A stretch of 64,000 nucleotides of DNA from Octopus vulgaris. Taxonomy: Eukaryota. A program made the position numbers and the translations under genes. Where the stretch lies: contig OX597831.1 in assembly GCA_951406725.2 (NCBI GenBank), forward strand, positions 19,592,001 through 19,656,000, given 5' to 3'. Of this stretch, positions 29,526 through 39,700 are shown piece after piece. Under the pieces are notes generated by a model. The model made no database searches. It was not told the DNA's origin and was given only the letters and a program-made list of their open reading frames with translations. The first letter of the stretch is position 1, and each line of letters starts with the position of its first letter.

Positions 29526-31655
29526 GTCAGTGGAACAAGAACACACACGAAGACGAAAAGTGTCGCTGAAGAGGTCACAGATGTGCGACGAAAGATTACT
29601 GGACAATGGGCCTGAGTTAAAATAATGAAATAAGAACAGTAATAAACGAGTGAAGAAAAAAATGTATAGTGCGTGAGTTCATTTGGCAAAAAATAGACAA
29701 TGACCGTTCCGACCAGGAATGTAGCAAAACGAATTGATAAAAATAGATACATACATATTCATATATATATGTATATATGTCTACAGTTACACACACACAC
29801 ACACACACACACATGTATATATATATGTATATATATAATATATATATATAATGTGTGTGTGTATAGAGTGTTAGGTATGGTTAGAAAAGGTCGACAGAAT
29901 TTTGGAAAAAAATATTTTTATTTCTTCATAATTATTAAGGCTTTCGTTCGCCCCATAGGACACACAGCGACGGCTTCTACTCCGCATGATTGACCCCAAT
30001 TCTTACGGTCATCAGCCCTCTTTTACCAGTCGTCTTATTATCCTCTCTTTCCTTTTGTCCCTCCGTCTCCCCACCTTCTCTCCCCACTTTCTTGCATCCC
30101 TCTCTAATTTTCTCAATGTCCCTTCGTCTCTTCTCTCTCCCTACCCCCTCTCTTTCTGCCCCATATCTCTCTCTCTCTCTCCCTTTCACACACACACACA
30201 CACACACACACATTCTCCTCTAATTAGGTTAGATTCTGAATGAACACACAAATCTTATGACTGCTGTTACGGATGCACATCTAACTTCCTTTCTGTGGTG
30301 ACCGTGGCTAATTTCCAAGTTCAGGCTTTGATCGAGTTGCCAAGTGTCTGGCCCCGATTTTACAAACTCTGGATATCGGAGTTACTGTCTTTAAAATATG
30401 ATTTTCATTCTCACGGATGTTACTGTTGCCAAACATTCTAGTATATGATACAGCCATCCCATTTAATATTCAGAACCGATTGCGACTTCGCTTGGCAAAA
30501 TCTCTCAAGTCGACGTATTCGATATTGGTAGGTTTTCCAACTCCCAGAGTTTTGATTAATGTAAAGTAATTGACGTAACTATAATTCTGTCTATAATTAT
30601 AAAAGTCAATAAAGACACGTATATTTGATTTAAGCGATCCCCACGTTTTTGCTAGTCTTACATCTTACATCTGTTACTTGTTTCAATCATTGGACTGCAG
30701 CCATGCTGGAGCATGACCTTGAAAGGTTTTAACCGATCAAATCAAATCCAGCACTATTTTAAATATCTGATACACATTGTATTGGTCTCCTTTGTTGAAC
30801 TACTAATTTGCGGGAACATAAACAAACCAACATCGATAGTCAAGTGGTTGGGTACACAAACACAGATAGAAAGCGACATAAGCATACACATATACACATA
30901 CACACATATTTCATACATGTACATATGTATATATACATACAATATTATTTTTATATAGGGCTTCCACACAGTTTCCCTCTACCAAACTAGCTCACAAGAC
31001 ATTGGTCAGTCCGGTGCTATAATACAAAGCACTTGCCTAATTTGCTTCGTGGTGGGACCGAAACCGAAATGACGGTCGCAAAAAGAGTTTCTTAATCGAC
31101 ACCCATTCATATTTTGTCGACACCGTAATTGATTGGATGAGAGGATGATTCGAACTCAGAACATAAAATGACGTCGTCAAATGTCATCAGTCATCCGCTG
31201 CTCAACCGATCCTATCTACAATGTGGAAATAGTATTTTCGAACATAGGCACAAAGGCGTGAAACTTGGGAAGGAAACTGCCGATTATATCGACCCCAGAA
31301 TTTAACCGATACTTTAATTTAATCGAGTCCAGAAGTATAAAAAGCGAAGTTAGATAAGGTATAATTTGAGCTTAGAACGTAAAGGGCAAAAAATATACGG
31401 TAAGGTCTTTTCCTTTTTCATTCTAACGATTCTCGTGGATGAAATATGAAGATATTCCTTTCGCATGAATTTTTCACACTTCATTTATATCTTCCAGTCT
31501 CACTTATTCTCTCCTTTTTTTTTCTTAAACGCACCTTGTCTTTTTATCACTTTTCTCTCCCTAAATAACTATCCCCTCTCTCCTTCCTCTACTTCACTCC
31601 TTCACTTTTTCTTAAACGCACCCTGTCTTTCTATTACCTTTGTCTCCCTAACTAA

Positions 31656-31705
<50 letters not shown>

Positions 31706-32452
31706 GCTTTGCCCTCGCTCGTTATTCTTCAATTCTCTATCAGATGTAAATCTAACATTACCTGTTCTAATAAAACCAAACAAAATAACATGTTTTTATG
31801 GCGCTAGTGTATGTGTTGAAGTCGAACGCTAATACACATTCTTGCATCGATATATCAATTCTTTTTGTAATACAGGATATATCTGATGAAGATTGTCCTA
31901 TGGGTCATCGCAAATCTCTGTGGAATATTTTCAATTACACTTAATACGTGTGGATAAATTGAATAACATATTGGAGCAGTAAAAAATTGGACGTTAAAGT
32001 TGTATCTTCGATGTGTAATATCGAATAGATAAAAAGTAGGATGATCCCTTTTTCCAAAAGTTAGTTAACGTTCAAGGAGCAGTAGCCATGAGTGAGATTC
32101 TCGAAAAGAAGAGGGAATCCCCGACAGACATTACAGAATAATTGTAACAAAATGAACGTCGTAGAAGAAACTGATCGTTTATGTATTGGTGTTAAATCAA
32201 AGTGAGTGTTAGGGCTGACAACATTAGTTTCTCTGTCTACAACACTCACAAAATATTTCCTAATGCACACTAACCTCGGTTGGAGAGTATAGAGCAGAGT
32301 GCGAAGTATTGACAGATAGATAATAAGGATTATTGTTGTTAATAAAAGCATGAATACGTGAAATGGGACGTTTCAGACTTTAAAATCTCCCTGAAATTAT
32401 ATTTTAACCATGTTCCAGGTCATCCCTAGGAGCATATATATGTATATATATG

Positions 32453-32532
<80 letters not shown>

Positions 32533-32730
32533 AGAGAGAGAGAGAGAGAGAGATAGATAGGCACAGGAGTGGCTGTGTGGTAAGTAGTTTGCTTACCAAT
32601 CACATGATTCCGGGTTCGGTCCTGCTGCGTGGCACCTTCGATAAGTGTCTTCTACTATAGCCTCGGGCCAACTAAAGTCTTGTGAGTGGATTCCATAGGC
32701 GGAAACGGAAAGAAGCCTGTTATATTTATA

Positions 32731-32771
<41 letters not shown>

Positions 32772-33186
32772 GAGCAAAACGCCTCCTCCCCCACCGTCCG
32801 TCCAATGGACGGTGCTGAGTTGTCAAACATTTAAACCAAAGTTTCTCAAAACAACTTGTCCGACCATTCCATAGGCCTCCCTTTTGAGGAACACTGATGT
32901 AACCTAAATTTGAGACACCAGCAAAAGAAGAAATAAAGATAGACTTTTTTTCTATTCCCCCAAAAAAAAACAATTTCTTACGGCTTTCTCGATGGCATTC
33001 TCACCTGGAGTCGATTTTTGTAATTTTTTCAAGACTTATACACGCCCTGATATCGTCGGATGGATATCGGATGGAGGATGCCCGAGATCCTAGAAGCCAC
33101 ACAGACAGACAGAACGGATTTATATAAGAGATATGGATACATATATATATGCATACATATATACACGCATACATACTTACATATAT

Positions 33187-33229
<43 letters not shown>

Positions 33230-33343
33230 TGTTTGTGTTTGGTTCCCACCCCGACTTTACAACCTATCTTGGTTTGCACACATGAACCTGTGTCCGTACC
33301 TAAACTTTCGAAGAGATGAGGTCAATTCTCGTTCTCCCTTGCT

Positions 33344-33573
33344 GGGACTAAAGCCATCTGAATATGGCTCAGGGGACAGGGCGGCTCACCTTTACCCCAG
33401 AGCGATATGAAAGGCTCGTACACAGTTGGTGTGTAAATTGTAAACAAGGTAGTAGGGCTTATAACAAGAGGCATTCGTCCCGATGAAGCAAATGCCTACC
33501 ACGGACCATGGTTTCAAGGTGTAATCTATCATTCAGTTAGCCTCCGCTTCCTCGACGGATTCTCACTATGCAG
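33344..33573 (-). mobile_element. Diverged single copy of the 359-bp unit family, with a degenerate hammerhead
   Basis: Shares blocks gggactaaagccatctgaatatggct, gaaaggctcg, cccgatgaagc, cacggaccatggtttcaaggtgta and cctccgcttcctcgacggattctcactatgcag with the array. The - strand core reads CTGAATGA...GAAAC-CATG-GTC. Confidence 0.85.
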
Positions 33574-33650
33574 TACTTTTAGCAGAGTCTTAACTGACCG
33601 AAACTTCAAAGTTACTATTAACAGTATTCTTGCTTAAGAACATATATATA

Positions 33651-33682
<32 letters not shown>

Positions 33683-33929
33683 CATATATATGCACGCAGG
33701 CCAGGTCCCAGTTTTAGAATACCCCCTCCCTTCTCTAAAGGGCTACAAACACTGCTTTCACCTGACTAAAAAGAAACGCTTGGCGATGTTCTAGTCTTGA
33801 ACATTTTTATGTGTGTGTATATGTGTGTTGTGAGTGTATGTGTGCATGTGTATGTGTCGGTATGTATAAAGATAGATGGACAGATAGAGAGATAGATAGA
33901 TAGATAGATAGATAGATACACACACACAA

Positions 33930-33991
<62 letters not shown>

Positions 33992-34145
33992 CATAGGGAC
34001 TAAAGCCATCTGAATATGGCTAGGGACAGGGCAGGGTGGTGGGGGTGTTACTGTTGCATTTAGCCCCAGGCGAACATCGACGTCACCAGAAAGGCTCGAC
34101 ACCGTCACGGTGCCCTAAACCTGCAAAGGGAGGTAATTCCCCGAT

Positions 34146-34219
34146 GAAGCGGAAACCACACACGGACCATGGTTTCAAGGTGTATTGCCTATCATCGGCG
34201 TGTGGTAGGCCTCCGCTTC
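34146..34219 (-). ncRNA. Same type I hammerhead ribozyme (first of 7 copies in the left block)
   Basis: Reverse complement of 36627-36700. Confidence 0.85.
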
Positions 34220-36626
34220 CTCGACGGATTCTCACTATGCAGGATTTCTTATATAGATTTTCAAGCAAAATACATTTGCTGATTTCGAAAATCTGTTCGA
34301 AAGCAATAATAATTCTCTAAAAGGGATATAGACAGTAACTGCTCGATAACATAAGGGACTAAAGCCATCTGAATATGGCTAGGGACAGGGCAGGGTGGTG
34401 GGGGTGTTACTGTTGCATTTAGCCCCAGGCGAACATCGACGTCACCAGAAAGGCTCGACACCGTCACGGTGCCCTAAACCTGCAAAGGGAGGTAATTCCC
34501 CGATGAAGCGGAAACCACACACGGACCATGGTTTCAAGGTGTATTGCCTATCATCGGCGTGTGGTAGGCCTCCGCTTCCTCGACGGATTCTCACTATGCA
34601 GGATTTCTTATATAGATTTTCAAGCAAAATACATTTGCTGATTTCGAAAATCTGTTCGAAAGCAATAATAATTCTCTAAAAGGGATATAGACAGTAACTG
34701 CTCGATAACATAAGGGACTAAAGCCATCTGAATATGGCTAGGGACAGGGCAGGGTGGTGGGGGTGTTACTGTTGCATTTAGCCCCAGGCGAACATCGACG
34801 TCACCAGAAAGGCTCGACACCGTCACGGTGCCCTAAACCTGCAAAGGGAGGTAATTCCCCGATGAAGCGGAAACCACACACGGACCATGGTTTCAAGGTG
34901 TATTGCCTATCATCGGCGTGTGGTAGGCCTCCGCTTCCTCGACGGATTCTCACTATGCAGGATTTCTTATATAGATTTTCAAGCAAAATACATTTGCTGA
35001 TTTCGAAAATCTGTTCGAAAGCAATAATAATTCTCTAAAAGGGATATAGACAGTAACTGCTCGATAACATAAGGGACTAAAGCCATCTGAATATGGCTAG
35101 GGACAGGGCAGGGTGGTGGGGGTGTTACTGTTGCATTTAGCCCCAGGCGAACATCGACGTCACCAGAAAGGCTCGACACCGTCACGGTGCCCTAAACCTG
35201 CAAAGGGAGGTAATTCCCCGATGAAGCGGAAACCACACACGGACCATGGTTTCAAGGTGTATTGCCTATCATCGGCGTGTGGTAGGCCTCCGCTTCCTCG
35301 ACGGATTCTCACTATGCAGGATTTCTTATATAGATTTTCAAGCAAAATACATTTGCTGATTTCGAAAATCTGTTCGAAAGCAATAATAATTCTCTAAAAG
35401 GGATATAGACAGTAACTGCTCGATAACATAAGGGACTAAAGCCATCTGAATATGGCTAGGGACAGGGCAGGGTGGTGGGGGTGTTACTGTTGCATTTAGC
35501 CCCAGGCGAACATCGACGTCACCAGAAAGGCTCGACACCGTCACGGTGCCCTAAACCTGCAAAGGGAGGTAATTCCCCGATGAAGCGGAAACCACACACG
35601 GACCATGGTTTCAAGGTGTATTGCCTATCATCGGCGTGTGGTAGGCCTCCGCTTCCTCGACGGATTCTCACTATGCAGGATTTCTTATATAGATTTTCAA
35701 GCAAAATACATTTGCTGATTTCGAAAATCTGTTCGAAAGCAATAATAATTCTCTAAAAGGGATATAGACAGTAACTGCTCGATAACATAAGGGACTAAAG
35801 CCATCTGAATATGGCTAGGGACAGGGCAGGGTGGTGGGGGTGTTACTGTTGCATTTAGCCCCAGGCGAACATCGACGTCACCAGAAAGGCTCGACACCGT
35901 CACGGTGCCCTAAACCTGCAAAGGGAGGTAATTCCCCGATGAAGCGGAAACCACACACGGACCATGGTTTCAAGGTGTATTGCCTATCATCGGCGTGTGG
36001 TAGGCCTCCGCTTCCTCGACGGATTCTCACTATGCAGGATTTCTTATATAGATTTTCAAGCAAAATACATTTGCTGATTTCGAAAATCTGTTCGAAAGCA
36101 ATAATAATTCTCTAAAAGGGATATAGACAGTAACTGCTCGATAACATAAGGGACTAAAGCCATCTGAATATGGCTAGGGACAGGCAGGGTGGTGGGGGTG
36201 TTACTGTTGCATTTAGCCCCAGGCGAACATCGACGTCACCAGAAAGGCTCGACACCGTCACGGTGCCCTAAACCTGCAAAGGGAGGTAATTCCCCGATGA
36301 AGCGGAAACCACACACGGACCATGGTTTCAAGGTGTATTGCCTATCATCGGCGTGTGGTAGGCCTCCGCTTCCTCGACGGATTCTCACTATGCAGGATTT
36401 CTTATATAGATTTTCAAGCAAAATACATTTGCTGATTTCGAAAATCTGTTCGAAAGCAATAATAATTCTCTAAAAGGGATATAGACAGTAACTGCTCGAT
36501 AACATAAGGGACTAAAGCCATCTGAATATGGCTAGGGACAGGGCAGGGTGGTGGGGGTCGAAATCAGCAAATGTATTTTGCTTGAAAATCTATATAAGAA
36601 ATCCTGCATAGTGAGAATCCGTCGAG

Positions 36627-36700
36627 GAAGCGGAGGCCTACCACACGCCGATGATAGGCAATACACCTTGAAACCATGGTCCGTGTGTGGTTTCCGCTTC
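36627..36700 (+). ncRNA. Type I hammerhead ribozyme, U4C core variant (first of 15 copies in the right block, repeating every ~359 nt)
   Basis: Stem I CACACG(36642-47)/CGTGTG(36682-87); core CCGATGA(36648-54); stem II t-AGG-caataca-CCT-t; GAAA(36670-73); stem III AC-CATG-GT (palindrome ACCATGGT); GTC triplet with predicted cut after 36681; distal stem I GAAGCGGA(36627-34)/TCCGCTTC(36693-700). Confidence 0.85.
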
Positions 36701-39700
36701 ATCGGGGAATTACCTCCCTTTGCAGGTTTAGGGCACCGTGACGGTGTCGAGCCTTTCTGGTGACGTCGATGTTCGCCTGGGGCTAAATGCAACAGTAACA
36801 CCCCCACCACCCTGCCCTGTCCCTAGCCATATTCAGATGGCTTTAGTCCCTTATGTTATCGAGCAGTTACTGTCTATATCCCTTTTAGAGAATTATTATT
36901 GCTTTCGAACAGATTTTCGAAATCAGCAAATGTATTTTGCTTGAAAATCTATATAAGAAATCCTGCATAGTGAGAATCCGTCGAGGAAGCGGAGGCCTAC
37001 CACACGCCGATGATAGGCAATACACCTTGAAACCATGGTCCGTGTGTGGTTTCCGCTTCATCGGGGAATTACCACCCTTTGCAGGTTTAGGGCACCGTGA
37101 CGGTGTCGAGCCTTTCTGGTGACGTCGATGTTCGCCTGGGGCTAAATGCAACAGTAACACCCCCACCACCCTGCCCTGTCCCTAGCCATATTCAGATGGC
37201 TTTAGTCCCTTATGTTATCGAGCAGTTACTGTCTATATCCCTTTTAGAGAATTATTATTGCTTTCGAACAGATTTTCGAAATCAGCAAATGTATTTTGCT
37301 TGAAAATCTATATAAGAAATCCTGCATAGTGAGAATCCGTCGAGGAAGCGGAGGCCTACCACACGCCGATGATAGGCAATACACCTTGAAACCATGGTCC
37401 GTGTGTGGTTTCCGCTTCATCGGGGAATTACCTCCCTTTGCAGGTTTAGGGCACCGTGACGGTGTCGAGCCTTTCTGGTGACGTCGATGTTCGCCTGGGG
37501 CTAAATGCAACAGTAACACCCCCACCACCCTGCCCTGTCCCTAGCCATATTCAGATGGCTTTAGTCCCTTATGTTATCGAGCAGTTACTGTCTATATCCC
37601 TTTTAGAGAATTATTATTGCTTTCGAACAGATTTTCGAAATCAGCAAATGTATTTTGCTTGAAAATCTATATAAGAAATCCTGCATAGTGAGAATCCGTC
37701 GAGGAAGCGGAGGCCTACCACACGCCGATGATAGGCAATACACCTTGAAACCATGGTCCGTGTGTGGTTTCCGCTTCATCGGGGAATTACCTCCCTTTGC
37801 AGGTTTAGGGCACCGTGACGGTGTCGAGCCTTTCTGGTGACGTCGATGTTCGCCTGGGGCTAAATGCAACAGTAACACCCCCACCACCCTGCCCTGTCCC
37901 TAGCCATATTCAGATGGCTTTAGTCCCTTATGTTATCGAGCAGTTACTGTCTATATCCCTTTTAGAGAATTATTATTGCTTTCGAACAGATTTTCGAAAT
38001 CAGCAAATGTATTTTGCTTGAAAATCTATATAAGAAATCCTGCATAGTGAGAATCCGTCGAGGAAGCGGAGGCCTACCACACGCCGATGATAGGCAATAC
38101 ACCTTGAAACCATGGTCCGTGTGTGGTTTCCGCTTCATCGGGGAATTACCTCCCTTTGCAGGTTTAGGGCACCGTGACGGTGTCGAGCCTTTCTGGTGAC
38201 GTCGATGTTCGCCTGGGGCTAAATGCAACAGTAACACCCCCACCACCCTGCCCTGTCCCTAGCCATATTCAGATGGCTTTAGTCCCTTATGTTATCGAGC
38301 AGTTACTGTCTATATCCCTTTTAGAGAATTATTATTGCTTTCGAACAGATTTTCGAAAATCAGCAAATGTATTTTGCTTGAAAATCTATATAAGAAATCC
38401 TGCATAGTGAGAATCCGTCGAGGAAGCGGAGGCCTACCACACGCCGATGATAGGCAATACACCTTGAAACCATGGTCCGTGTGTGGTTTCCGCTTCATCG
38501 GGGAATTACCTCCCTTTGCAGGTTTAGGGCACCGTGACGGTGTCGAGCCTTTCTGGTGACGTCGATGTTCGCCTGGGGCTAAATGCAACAGTAACACCCC
38601 CACCACCCTGCCCTGTCCCTAGCCATATTCAGATGGCTTTAGTCCCTTATGTTATCGAGCAGTTACTGTCTATATCCCTTTTAGAGAATTATTATTGCTT
38701 TCGAACAGATTTTCGAAATCAGCAAATGTATTTTGCTTGAAAATCTATATAAGAAATCCTGCATAGTGAGAATTCCGTCGAGGAAGCGGAGGCCTACCAC
38801 ACGCCGATGATAGGCAATACACCTTGAAACCATGGTCCGTGTGTGGTTTCCGCTTCATCGGGGAATTACCTCCCTTTGCAGGTTTAGGGCACCGTGACGG
38901 TGTCGAGCCTTTCTGGTGACGTCGATGTTCGCCTGGGGCTAAATGCAACAGTAACACCCCCACCACCCTGCCCTGTCCCTAGCCATATTCAGATGGCTTT
39001 AGTCCCTTATGTTATCGAGCAGTTACTGTCTATATCCCTTTTAGAGAATTATTATTGCTTTCGAACAGATTTTCGAAATCAGCAAATGTATTTTGCTTGA
39101 AAATCTATATAAGAAATCCTGCATAGTGAGAATCCGTCGAGGAAGCGGAGGCCTACCACACGCCGATGATAGGCAATACACCTTGAAACCATGGTCCGTG
39201 TGTGGTTTCCGCTTCATCGGGGAATTACCTCCCTTTGCAGGTTTAGGGCACCGTGACGGTGTCGAGCCTTTCTGGTGACGTCGATGTTCGCCTGGGGCTA
39301 AATGCAACAGTAACACCCCCACCACCCTGCCCTGTCCCTAGCCATATTCAGATGGCTTTAGTCCCTTATGTTATCGAGCAGTTACTGTCTATATCCCTTT
39401 TAGAGAATTATTATTGCTTTCGAACAGATTTTCGAAATCAGCAAATGTATTTTGCTTGAAAATCTATATAAGAAATCCTGCATAGTGAGAATTCGTCGAG
39501 GAAGCGGAGGCCTACCACACGCCGATGATAGGCAATACACCTTGAAACCATGGTCCGTGTGTGGTTTCCGCTTCATCGGGGAATTACCTCCCTTTGCAGG
39601 TTTAGGGCACCGTGACGGTGTCGAGCCTTTCTGGTGACGTCGATGTTCGCCTGGGGCTAAATGCAACAGTAACACCCCCACCACCCTGCCCTGTCCCTAG

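Noticed and set aside
29355-29600. Two more hammerhead-like motifs (CTGATGA..GAAAC at 29359; CTGAAGA..GAAA at 29566), and CTGATGA near 31883
   Set aside because: Stems I or III cannot be formed; at best decayed relics, so not called.
34137-34180. Second (antisense) hammerhead CCGATGA-agcg-GAAACCA...TGGTT in each unit
   Set aside because: No stem II and no stem I complement; explained as the reverse complement of the distal stem I/anti-core segment.
34205-34245. HDV-like ribozyme around ccg-cttcctcga-cgg
   Set aside because: An L3-like loop is present, but no P1 partner, P1.1 GG or P2 closure was found at the required spacing.
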